Shown here: positions 18,692 to 27,346 of the stretch, piece after piece | How positions within the stretch are numbered: position 1 is the first letter of the stretch | Layout of the letters: each line of letters begins with the position of its first letter | NCBI GenBank assembly: GCA_026397015.1 | Contig: JAPLVR010000004.1 | Location: 1 to 64,000, forward strand | Source: Candidatus Iainarchaeum sp. | Lineage (GTDB): Archaea; Iainarchaeota; Iainarchaeia; Iainarchaeales; JAAZKV01 | DNA: 64,000 nt | Direction: 5' to 3' | Position numbers and translations under genes: made by a program | The notes under the pieces: generated by a model | The model's input: the letters and a program-made list of their open reading frames with translations, nothing else | Databases searched by the model: none | Told to the model about the DNA's origin: nothing

Positions 18692-19282
18692 TTACGGGCT
18701 CGGCCCGTCGAGGAACTGCTCGTACTTATCCGAGTTGAATCTGTAAAGGAAATTTTTTATTTTTTGCCCGTTGAAGGAATATTTTTCCAAAACACTTTTT
18801 TTCTGCCCCAAAAATTTTTCGAAGTCGTGCTTCTGCGCAGGATCAAGAAGAATAAATTTTTCGCCGATTTTGGTGGTTACAAAAGCGTGCGTTCTAAGGC
18901 TTTCCAGCTCCGCGATTATGACTTCCGCTTTGCCGTCTCCCATGGCTTTCATTATTGAACAAATGAAAACAGCCAAATCCTCATCGTCCGCGACCTTTTG
19001 TTCGAGAACCTCTTTAGGGCTCATCCAATAGTTGAGGTTCAGTTCCGCGTCAACGAAAGTGATTTCTTCCCTTACAAAATTAAAAGCCGCTTTAAGTGCG
19101 CCTTCATATTTTTCCTCAAACAGGTAGCCTGCGCCCATGAAGTCCTGTGCCAGGCTTTGGATACTCAGGTCTGTGCCGTCAACCAGCGCCTTTATTTCGC
19201 CGATAGTGCGTTTTTCCCTCTCGTTTATGATGTCGCTGTACTTTTGAAGAAGAAATCTGCACAATTTGAGTTGGTTTTCCAT
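18692..19282 (-). CDS. Transglutaminase-like domain protein, catalytic Cys absent
   Basis: YWMSPKEVL..KVADDEDLAVFICS, HAFV, LLDP. Confidence 0.7.
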   Translation of the reverse strand: MENQLKLCRFLLQKYSDIINEREKRTIGEIKALVDGTDLSIQSLAQDFMGAGYLFEEKYEGALKAAFNFVREEITFVDAELNLNYWMSPKEVLEQKVADDEDLAVFICSIMKAMGDGKAEVIIAELESLRTHAFVTTKIGEKFILLDPAQKHDFEKFLGQKKSVLEKYSFNGQKIKNFLYRFNSDKYEQFLDGPSP

Positions 19283-19625
19283 CTTTCAAAATCCTCTTTT
19301 CCCAAATTTCTGTTCAAAAACGCCGTTAACTGTCCAAATGAAAAAATTTAGTATATACATAACTATTTGTTTGGTAAGGCTTAAAAATTGCTTTATTTCG
19401 GTCTTTTGGGGGCTTCCAAGCAACATTCTATACCATTCTTTTATACCGTTGTGCAATCCTCTTCCCTTCCACCCGCACTCCCAAAATTCCTACACATGCC
19501 CCCCTTGCCCTTCCCATCATGAAATTTCCAGAAACAGCGTCTCAGGCGTTTAAACCCGCTAAACGGTTTCATTTTCTAGCGCCCTTTACAGTTTTTCGGG
19601 CTAAAAATAGGCGCTTTTCCGGCTT

Positions 19626-20921
19626 TTACTCAACGAGAATAACCTGCCTTTTCATTGCGGTTGAACCAAATTCTTCCAGTGCCTTTAGCTGCTGTGAGAT
19701 GCCCTGATTTGTCTTCTCAATTTCCTTTTCAATTCCGGAAATTCTTTCCCTTATGCCGTTTATTTCTTTTTCAATCTCCTTGAGCCTTTCCTTTTCATTT
19801 TCAACCGCTTTTTGCGCCGGATTTTTCTCAATTTCCTTTTCAATTTCTATCTGCCGCTTTTGCGCCTCGTTTATTTTCCAGAAAACGTTTTCAAAGAAAT
19901 CAAAGGCGAGAAGCTCTTCAAGCGCGGCAAGCCTTTTTTCCTTTTCCTTGTCCTTCAGAACTATTTCTCCCCCCTCAATCGCCTTCTTTATTTCCTTCAA
20001 AACTTTTTTGAATTTTTCGGCCTTCGGATCCTTTTTCATGGCAAGCAGCGGGTTTACAATGAAGGCGTCCATTATTTCTTCCTCTTCTTTTGGAATGCGC
20101 CACCTTCCGGAACCTACCAATGACTTAAACCTTTGAAGCGGCCGGTCGATTGAATTTATGAGCGAAGAAACTTCCGAACGCAAATCCTGTTTTTTCGCCA
20201 AAAGCTCGTTTTTTTCCCCTTCAATCACCTTTAGCTCCCTCATCCCCTGGCTGTTTAGTGAGACCTCTATCCTGGTTTCCTGATTTTTCAGCGCCTCGTT
20301 TTGTTCCTCCATTTTTTTCTTCAGAGCCTTCTTTTCCTCTTCCTTCTCCTTGATTATTTTTCTTTCTTCCCCTATTTTTTCCACCATCGCGCAGAATTTT
20401 TCAAATTCGAAAACACTTTTGCATTCGCCGAATTTCTGGTTCATCTCATGGAAAGAGTCAAGCATTTCCTGCAGAATATTTCCAAGTTCTTTCATCTCTT
20501 CCTTGATGAAAACGCTGGTATAAACAATGTTTTTTCTGAAAGCGTTGATTTCGTTTATCATCAAAGCGAAGCCTTCGCCCGAGTATGCCCGCGCATCGCT
20601 CAGCGTCTTTCCCCTTTCTTTCGGGCCGAGCTTTTCCAACAGCTGCATAAGCTGCCTCTCGACCTGCTTTTTCGCCGTTACTGCCGCTTTGTTGAAGCGG
20701 GCGCCGCCCCTTTCCTCCCCGATTTCTTTTTTTTGGATGTCAACGAGCAATTTTACGGATTTGCCGTTTAAGTGCTTTATTTCCGCCATCTTTTTGGCGA
20801 CGAAGTTCTCAAGCTCTTTTTCCCTGAGCTTGAAATCCTTTTCAATCATTCCGCGAAGAAGTTCCGGTGTCGTTCTTACCGGCCCGCTGTTTCCGCCGAA
20901 AAGTTTTTGCAGCAATCCCAT
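19626..20921 (-). CDS. Coiled-coil hypothetical protein
   Basis: Long E/K-rich helical ORF with typical codon usage. Confidence 0.75.
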   Translation of the reverse strand: MGLLQKLFGGNSGPVRTTPELLRGMIEKDFKLREKELENFVAKKMAEIKHLNGKSVKLLVDIQKKEIGEERGGARFNKAAVTAKKQVERQLMQLLEKLGPKERGKTLSDARAYSGEGFALMINEINAFRKNIVYTSVFIKEEMKELGNILQEMLDSFHEMNQKFGECKSVFEFEKFCAMVEKIGEERKIIKEKEEEKKALKKKMEEQNEALKNQETRIEVSLNSQGMRELKVIEGEKNELLAKKQDLRSEVSSLINSIDRPLQRFKSLVGSGRWRIPKEEEEIMDAFIVNPLLAMKKDPKAEKFKKVLKEIKKAIEGGEIVLKDKEKEKRLAALEELLAFDFFENVFWKINEAQKRQIEIEKEIEKNPAQKAVENEKERLKEIEKEINGIRERISGIEKEIEKTNQGISQQLKALEEFGSTAMKRQVILVE

Positions 20922-21065
20922 GCGAATTCAACAGAATATAATGTGCTGATTGGTTAAAATTGTTTTGGTCAAATAACTGCCCACTTAACCGCAAACCAAA
21001 ATCGAGTGTTTTACCGGCACAAGAGCCGCGCTTGTTTTATAAAAACAACTTTCCAAAATCATTTT

Positions 21066-22490
21066 ATGGAACAAATGCTGAGAGATGAAAAGGGCTTTTT
21101 TTCCAAACTCGAAAAAATCGCTTCAGAAATAAAAAAGCGGGATGAGTTTGTTGTTGTATATCATTACGATGCGGACGGCTGTTCCGCCGGAGCCATAGTG
21201 GTAAAGGCGCTTGAAAGGGCAGGAAAAAAAGTTTCTACAATCTGCCTGAAACAGCTGTACAAGGAAAATATTTCGGAAATAAAGGCAATGGGAAAAAACT
21301 TTTTGTTTGTTGATTTCGGTTCCGGGCAATTAGAACACTTGATTGAAGGGTTTGGAAAAGATTTTTTTGTTTTGGACCACCACCAGCCCGCGCACCGCGG
21401 AGAAAAAATAATTGAGCATGAATGGCACGCGAACCCGATTTTGTTTGGGATGGATGGCGGGCATGAAATTTCAGGCGCAGGGGTCTCCTTTCTTTTCGCA
21501 ACCACTTTGAACAAAAAAAACAAGGACTTGGCTTACCTGGCAATAGTGGGCGCGATGGGCGACATGCAGGACTTTGGCGGCGCAGTAATAGGAAAAAATA
21601 TGGAAATTTTAAAAATTGCGGAGCAGGAAAAACAAATTGAAATGAAAATTGATTTGCGCCTTTATGGAAGAATTTCCCGCCCGCTTATTTCATACCTGAT
21701 GTTTTCCTCCAGCCCGATACTTCCGGGCTTGACAGCCAACCAGGAGAATTGCATTGCTTTTCTGAAGGAAAATGAAATTCCGCTGAAGAGAGAAGGGAGG
21801 GGTGAATGGCTGAGTTACGAGGACTTAAAGGAGGTGGAGAAAAAGAGGCTCTCCTCCGCCCTGATAAATTTGCTTTTTGATGCGAAGGTTCCGGAATGGA
21901 AAATAAAGGAATTAATCGGAGAAGTTTATACTCTTCTTAATGAGGAAAGAAAAAGCCCGCTCCGCGACGCGAAAGAATTTGCAACACTTCTGAATGCATG
22001 CGGGCGGCACGCAAAACCGGAAGTTGCCCTCGCCGTTTGCCTTGGCGACAGGGGCGAGGAATATGATAAAGCTCTTTTGCTGATGAGGGAGCACAGCACC
22101 GCGCTCCGCAAAGGAATTGAATTCGTTCATGAGCACGGAATTCAAGAAAGAAAATCGTATTATTTTTTTGATGCGGGAACAGAAATACAGGATTCTCTTG
22201 TCGGAATAGTCGCGGGAATGCTTTACGGTTCTTTCATTCAGGAAAATAAACCGATAATCGCGCTGGCGCGCAACGGCGATGGAACGGTAAAGGTTTCGGG
22301 CAGAGGCACGAGTTATCTCGTTAGGCGCGGGCTGAACATCGGGCAGGCATTGAAAGATATTGAAAAAGAGATTCCGGGCGTTGAGGGCGGCGGGCACAGG
22401 ATTGCAGCAGGCGCGAAAGTTCCCGAGGAAAAGCTGGGAGAATTTCTGCAAAAATTGGAAGAAAAATTTGAGAAGCAACTTCAAATCTAA
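21066..22490 (+). CDS. RecJ/GAN-like DHH-DHHA1 phosphoesterase
   Basis: HYDADG, VDFGSG, LDHH, GAMGD, GGGHRIAAGA. Confidence 0.92.
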   Translation: MEQMLRDEKGFFSKLEKIASEIKKRDEFVVVYHYDADGCSAGAIVVKALERAGKKVSTICLKQLYKENISEIKAMGKNFLFVDFGSGQLEHLIEGFGKDFFVLDHHQPAHRGEKIIEHEWHANPILFGMDGGHEISGAGVSFLFATTLNKKNKDLAYLAIVGAMGDMQDFGGAVIGKNMEILKIAEQEKQIEMKIDLRLYGRISRPLISYLMFSSSPILPGLTANQENCIAFLKENEIPLKREGRGEWLSYEDLKEVEKKRLSSALINLLFDAKVPEWKIKELIGEVYTLLNEERKSPLRDAKEFATLLNACGRHAKPEVALAVCLGDRGEEYDKALLLMREHSTALRKGIEFVHEHGIQERKSYYFFDAGTEIQDSLVGIVAGMLYGSFIQENKPIIALARNGDGTVKVSGRGTSYLVRRGLNIGQALKDIEKEIPGVEGGGHRIAAGAKVPEEKLGEFLQKLEEKFEKQLQI

Positions 22491-22548
22491 TATTTATTTC
22501 TTTCACCGGCACGGGGCTTGTGTAAGAAGTCAATTCTGTGTAAATAGT

Positions 22549-22915
22549 CGGAATCTTGTTCAATATTGATAAGTGTGATGAAACTGTGTGCCTCATTCCA
22601 GCCAATTCTTGTATTTCCTTTGCAGTTTTTACATATCTCGGCTTTGGCTGAAGGCTATTTCTCCCTTCCCACGCCCAGAACGCCACCAATCAGCCCAGAA
22701 TCCGATGCCGCCGTTAAAACAGAAATCACCGAGCCAGAATATGACCCTTCACATTTCCCTTTTGTCAGAATCAGGCTTGCATAATGCCCTGACAGTTTTT
22801 TGTTCCTTTTGACAGGTTTTATTCGCGGGCATATTTTCGTTAAATCATCGGGTTCGTAGTTATTGCACAGGCCGCATGAAGAACAATATTCTGCCTTTTT
22901 GTTCACGTTATTCAC
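22549..22915 (-). pseudogene. Frameshifted, truncated FrhB/FdhB-like (F420 hydrogenase beta subunit family) gene
   Basis: CSSCGLC...CP and SGSVISVLTAASDSGLIGGVLGVGRE, then a frame change near 22660 to SLQPKPRYVKTAKEIQELAGMRHTVSSHLSIL. The VGxPC region is missing. Confidence 0.7.
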
Positions 22916-24035
22916 TTTCAAACTCGCCTGCTTTGGGGCATATCGGGTCTGGAGCATTTATTTTTCCATAATGGCCAAATGCTGCGCACCTGCAGCCGCC
23001 CTTGCACACCCCTCCGTACTTGCACGAATTGCAGACGCTTAATGATTTAACATTCCTGAAGCAATTAAATATGGGGGATTTTTCCAACACTTCAAGTAAG
23101 TCGTCTTTTCTTATGTCGCCTGCGATAAACTCGGAATAATTTCCGATTATGCAAGGGATTATTTTCCCGTCGGCTGTCAAGGAGCATGTTGCTTCGCCCT
23201 GAAGGCAGCTTCGGTAATAAATGTATTTTTCCGCCTTTGTTCCGATTAAGTTCTCGATAAGATAATATGGTTCTTCCACATCTATTAAAACCGGTTTTTT
23301 CAGGCGCATATACCGGCGGGTTAAGGTTTCAAATAATTTTTGGTATTCAAAGTATGTTATGGATATTTCTTCGTACTTTTCATGCGCCATTCCGCATGGC
23401 ATAAGCCGCATTAACCTAAATTCATCCGCTCCCAAATTAAATGCGAGATTGAAGATGCCGGGGATTTCTTTGTAGTTTTTTCTCATAATTGTTGTGCAGA
23501 TGCTCGTTCTTATCCCGAGTTTTATTGCGAGATTAATGCTTTGAATGGCTTTGTCAAAAGCTCTTGTGCCCTTTATTTTGTCGTGTTTTTTCATATTGTC
23601 GGATTCCAGATTTATTTGAATCCTTTTCACGCCGGCATTTGCCAGAGCTTCAATTTTTTCCGGGAATAGCCCGTTTGATATGATTGAAGTGTGAATCTTT
23701 TTTTGGAGGGCATAGCTTAATATTTCAAAAATATCCTTCCGTTCTAATGGATCCCCCCCAGTGAATGTTATTGCGAGTATATTGTTTGCGGCAAGATAGT
23801 CAATAACCTTTTTTATCTCTGCGGTATCCAGTTCTTTGCTTAGCGGTCTCGAAGGCTTCGCGTAGCAATACTCGCAATTGAGTTTGCATTTGTATGTAAT
23901 GTCCCAGTAGATATGCCTAATTTTTGGCAGTTTGGAGCTTCGCTTCTTTTTTGAGTACGCTTTCGGTTCCCTTCTGAACAAAAATTTTATTCGAACCATT
24001 AATATTTTTTTGTTCAATCTACTTTTTAATACCAA
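22908..24035 (-). CDS. Radical SAM protein with SPASM domain
   Basis: CKLNCEYC, TGGDPL, and C-terminal C..G...C...ADG.IIPC plus CNSCKYGGVCKGGCRC..DPIC. ATG 23999 is an alternative start. Confidence 0.92.
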   Translation of the reverse strand: MVLKSRLNKKILMVRIKFLFRREPKAYSKKKRSSKLPKIRHIYWDITYKCKLNCEYCYAKPSRPLSKELDTAEIKKVIDYLAANNILAITFTGGDPLERKDIFEILSYALQKKIHTSIISNGLFPEKIEALANAGVKRIQINLESDNMKKHDKIKGTRAFDKAIQSINLAIKLGIRTSICTTIMRKNYKEIPGIFNLAFNLGADEFRLMRLMPCGMAHEKYEEISITYFEYQKLFETLTRRYMRLKKPVLIDVEEPYYLIENLIGTKAEKYIYYRSCLQGEATCSLTADGKIIPCIIGNYSEFIAGDIRKDDLLEVLEKSPIFNCFRNVKSLSVCNSCKYGGVCKGGCRCAAFGHYGKINAPDPICPKAGEFESE

Positions 24036-24119
24036 AATATTGTCCCTGATTGGTCATGCCCCCCAGAGAATCAATTTCCTTCTGAACCGGAGGGCGGTTC
24101 GGAAAACATTCAGGAAGAA

Positions 24120-24266
24120 GGGTTTTCGCAAGTTCCTTTTAATGACGCAATTCACGCAATACTGGCAAGGGACAACAAGGCGGTTGTGGTTACGAGGGGT
24201 GCGCATTTCGAAAAGCTCTTTGACATTGCCGACGCAAAAAAGCCCGAAGAAGTAGTTTTTGATTAG
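24120..24266 (+). pseudogene. C-terminal remnant of a PIN-domain (VapC-like) toxin
   Basis: Frame reads VPFNDAIHAILARDNKAVVVTRGAHFEKLFDIADAKKPEE. No start codon upstream after the stop at 24027. TRD has become TRG. Confidence 0.7.
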
Positions 24267-24292
24267 GTTGATGGCACAGTGTGGCGTATTGA

Positions 24293-24598
24293 TTAAACAT
24301 ATTTTTTTCCGGATGCAAACTGTTTCTTTGCATATTCCATGAATTCTTCGCCAGCCTTTTCCCGCAACTCTTGCCATTCCTCTTCGGTTTGCGCCTTCCC
24401 AAGCCCCTTAAATTTTCCCCTCATTGCAAATAATGCTTCCCACGCTTTCTGCTCGGCTTTCTCCTTTTCAAGCTTCTTCAATTTCTCGCGCACCGCATCC
24501 CTCAAAAAATCGGATTTTGTGCTGTAATGCGATTCCTTCATTCCCCTGTCAATCTGCCTGAGCACATTTTTTTCCAGCCTGAAACTCACATATTCCAT
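24293..24598 (-). CDS. Ribbon-helix-helix (CopG/VapB-like) antitoxin or regulator
   Basis: MEYVSFRLEKNVLRQID....HYSTKSDFLRDAVREKL. Confidence 0.85.
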   Translation of the reverse strand: MEYVSFRLEKNVLRQIDRGMKESHYSTKSDFLRDAVREKLKKLEKEKAEQKAWEALFAMRGKFKGLGKAQTEEEWQELREKAGEEFMEYAKKQFASGKKYV

Positions 24599-24734
24599 GT
24601 AACACAATGTGGTACAAAAACTATTTAAATACAGTTAGAACTCCCGTGCCGGTGAGATGGTCATTTCCAAATGCTTTTTAACGAATTAGTTTCTATTCTA
24701 TTGCGGTTATTGCAGTTTTTTTACGGGCGGTTAA

Positions 24735-25820
24735 ATGATTTCAAAAAAAGAGGCGGGAATGCCGATAAGAGAATTTCTTGCGTCGAAAGGAAAAATAATT
24801 GACAAAGAAATGGAAAAATATATTCCGAGAAAAGCGACTAAGAAATGGGTAGAGGGTGCGCTTGGAAAAACTGGGTTTGAGTGGGATTTGGAGGCATACA
24901 CAAAAGTGGTAAATGAGCCGATTTGGGATCTGCTTGACCGCGGAGGGAAAAGATGGCGCCCAGTGTTGGCGTGTATTTGTTGTGAGGCTGTTGGGGGAAA
25001 ATGGGGGGCCGGCTTGAAAGTCGCGCCAATAGTTGAATTAATACATAACGGCACTTTGATGATTGATGATATAGAAGATGATTCTGTGGCAAGAAGGGGG
25101 AAACTATGCACTCACAAACTTTTTGGTATTGATGTTGCAATTGATGCCGGAAACTTGATGTACTACTGGCCAATGGCCCCAATTTATGCCAATCGGTTTA
25201 AGCTTTCTGAAAAGCAACAAAAGCAGATATACGAACTTTATTTGCAGGAAATGCTTCGGGTTAACTCTGGCCAGGCCCTTGACATAATGTGGCACAGGGG
25301 CAATTTTTTGCCTTCAGAAAAGCAATATTTGCAAATGTGCCTTGGAAAGACAGGGGTGCTTGCAGGAGTCGCTGCGCAACTGGGTGCGATAATGGGCAAT
25401 GCGCCAAAAAAACAATCAGATGCGCTTAGAAAATATGGACAAATAATCGGTGTCGGCTTTCAGATACAGGACGATATTTTGGAATTGATTGGGCAGGAAT
25501 TCAAGAAAAAGAAAGGTTCAATCGGCGGCGACATTTACGAGGGAAAAAGAACGTTGATTGTGATAAGGACTCTTGAAAAAGCTTCAAAGGAAGACAGAGA
25601 AAGGTTGATAAAAATTCTTGATTCCCACACAATTCACGAATCCGAAATACAGGAAGCGCTTGACATAATCAATAAATATGATGGAATCCAATATTCAAAG
25701 AAGGTGGCTGAAAAATTGGTTCTCGGCGCATGGAAGGACGCAGACAAGGTGCTGAAAGAAAGCAACGCAAAAACAGTTCTGAAAAAGTTTGCCGAATATT
25801 TGATTGAAAGAAAAATTTAA
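24735..25820 (+). CDS. Trans-polyprenyl diphosphate synthase (GGPP synthase family)
   Basis: GGKRWRP, FARM DDIED..RRG, GQ, KT, SARM FQIQDDIL, GGDIYEGKRT. Confidence 0.93.
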   Translation: MISKKEAGMPIREFLASKGKIIDKEMEKYIPRKATKKWVEGALGKTGFEWDLEAYTKVVNEPIWDLLDRGGKRWRPVLACICCEAVGGKWGAGLKVAPIVELIHNGTLMIDDIEDDSVARRGKLCTHKLFGIDVAIDAGNLMYYWPMAPIYANRFKLSEKQQKQIYELYLQEMLRVNSGQALDIMWHRGNFLPSEKQYLQMCLGKTGVLAGVAAQLGAIMGNAPKKQSDALRKYGQIIGVGFQIQDDILELIGQEFKKKKGSIGGDIYEGKRTLIVIRTLEKASKEDRERLIKILDSHTIHESEIQEALDIINKYDGIQYSKKVAEKLVLGAWKDADKVLKESNAKTVLKKFAEYLIERKI

Positions 25821-25896
25821 TGGTTCAATAGCGTAAAGAAAAATTAAAGTGAAATGGTTTGTTTGTTGAAATTTTTGATTTGAAAAGGTGTTTTTG

Positions 25897-26943
25897 ATGG
25901 CTTCAGTAACTTCGAAAAGGAAATTAGATCATTTGAAGATATGCGCTTCAAAGGACGTTTCCTTCAAAGAGAAAACCACTTTGCTCGAATGCGTCGAATT
26001 GGGTTACAAAGCGCTGCCGGAAATTTCTTTGGACAATGTAAATCTTTCAACGCAGTTTTTGGGGAAAAACTTTTCTTTTCCAATAGTGGTTTCAGCCATT
26101 ACAGGCGGAGCGTCAGCTTCAAAAAAAATCAACCGAGATATTGCAGTTGCGTGCCAGTCGCTTGGAATCGGAATGGGTTTGGGAAGCATGCGCGCGATGC
26201 TTGAGCATCCGAGCGTGGCGGAAACTTATTTTGTAAGGGATTGCGCGCCGGACATTTTTTTGGCGGGAAATATCGGCGCGGTTCAATTGAAGGAATTTTC
26301 TGTCGAGCAAATCGGAGAAGCTCTTGATGCAATTGAAGCCGATGCTTTGGCAATTCATGTCAATGCCGCGCAGGAAGCCGTTCAGCCCGAAGGAAATGTG
26401 GATTTTTCGGGGCTGGTTTCAAAAATTGATGAAATCTCGGCGCGTTTGGGAAAGCCGGTTTATGTTAAGGAAGTCGGGCACGGAATCAGTTTTGAAGTCG
26501 CATCAATGCTGAAAGAAACAAAAATTTCTGCAATCGATGTGCAGGGCGCGGGCGGCACTTCATGGACAACAGTCGATTCGCTGAGGCACAAGAAAGGCTT
26601 CGGCTCGGCGTTTGGCGAATTTGGAATTCCAACAGCGGTTTCAATAATCGAAACGCGAAATGCTTTGCAATCTTCGGGCAAAAAAATAATCGGTTCTGGC
26701 GGAATTAGAAACGGAATTGATGCAGCGAAGGCGATTGTTCTCGGCGCCGACATGGCTGGATTGGCGCTTCCCGCTTTGAAAGCGCAGCAGGACGGCGGCG
26801 CGAAAGGAGTTGAAGCCTTGCTTTCAAATTTAATTAATGAACTGGAAATAACTTCATTCCTTTTGGGCGCGAAAAGTATTTCTGAATTAAAAGCGTTGCC
26901 GTATGTTGTTACGGGAAAATTGCACGATTGGTTGAAGCAATAA
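25897..26943 (+). CDS. fni: Type 2 isopentenyl-diphosphate delta-isomerase
   Basis: RKLDHL, SAITGG, GSMR, HVNAAQEAVQPEG, VKEVGHG, GAGGTSW, SGGIRNG. Confidence 0.95.
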   Translation: MASVTSKRKLDHLKICASKDVSFKEKTTLLECVELGYKALPEISLDNVNLSTQFLGKNFSFPIVVSAITGGASASKKINRDIAVACQSLGIGMGLGSMRAMLEHPSVAETYFVRDCAPDIFLAGNIGAVQLKEFSVEQIGEALDAIEADALAIHVNAAQEAVQPEGNVDFSGLVSKIDEISARLGKPVYVKEVGHGISFEVASMLKETKISAIDVQGAGGTSWTTVDSLRHKKGFGSAFGEFGIPTAVSIIETRNALQSSGKKIIGSGGIRNGIDAAKAIVLGADMAGLALPALKAQQDGGAKGVEALLSNLINELEITSFLLGAKSISELKALPYVVTGKLHDWLKQ

Positions 26944-26987
26944 ATTTAAGAAGTTCAACTGCCCAGATTATATTATTCCAAGCGGTG

Positions 26988-27218
26988 ATGAGATTGAAAA
27001 TAAAAGTTGGTGTTGGTCAGAAACGAAAAACGAATCGCCCTACAGTAAAAGCGAGCAGGTTGAAGCAAAGCGCCGTTAATCCTCAGTTTCAAAAGCACCT
27101 CAGATTTGTAAGAAGAAGATTTAGGAATGCGCCTGAGTACGAACGCGACTTCAGAAGACTCTGGAAGAAAAATCCGAAAGAGGCAGTTGCAGCATTAGAT
27201 TCATGGGTTGAATATTAA
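26988..27218 (+). CDS. Small Arg-rich hypothetical protein
   Basis: ggtg RBS. MRLKIKVGVGQKRKTNRP... Confidence 0.5.
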   Translation: MRLKIKVGVGQKRKTNRPTVKASRLKQSAVNPQFQKHLRFVRRRFRNAPEYERDFRRLWKKNPKEAVAALDSWVEY

Positions 27219-27242
27219 TGCATCTAATTAAGCCAAATTAAC

Positions 27243-27287
27243 TCGTCAATCAACGAAGTCGGGTTCGTTTGTTGGAAAGGTTTTTAT
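27243..27287 (+). promoter_or_regulatory. Operator plus BRE/TATA, copy 1 (before SudA-like gene)
   Basis: tcgtcaatcaacg-N8-ttcgttt-N4-gaaaggtttttat, identical in its blocks and spacing to 41832-41876. Confidence 0.75.
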
Positions 27288-27346
27288 AGTTCACTCTTCC
27301 CATTAGTTAGAGTTGGCTTTTTTGCTAAAAAAACTGTGTGGGTTTC

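Larger units (their letters stand above)
22503..24655. mobile_element. Cassette bounded by a perfect 13-bp inverted repeat
   Basis: tcaccggcacggg (22503-22515) and cccgtgccggtga (24643-24655) enclose a radical SAM gene, two gene remnants and an antitoxin. No recombinase and no clear TSD. Confidence 0.45.

Noticed and set aside
19400-19560. Pyrimidine-rich intergenic stretch as a small gene or RNA
   Set aside because: No convincing ORF, RBS or stable pairing found by eye.
22655-22657. TAG read-through (pyrrolysine) in the FrhB-like gene
   Set aside because: Homology continues in a different frame, so this is a frameshift rather than read-through.
24054-24377. Cys-rich minus-strand ORF as a RiPP precursor for the SPASM enzyme
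   Set aside because: It overlaps the RHH gene and is the antisense shadow of a clearly PIN-like frame.
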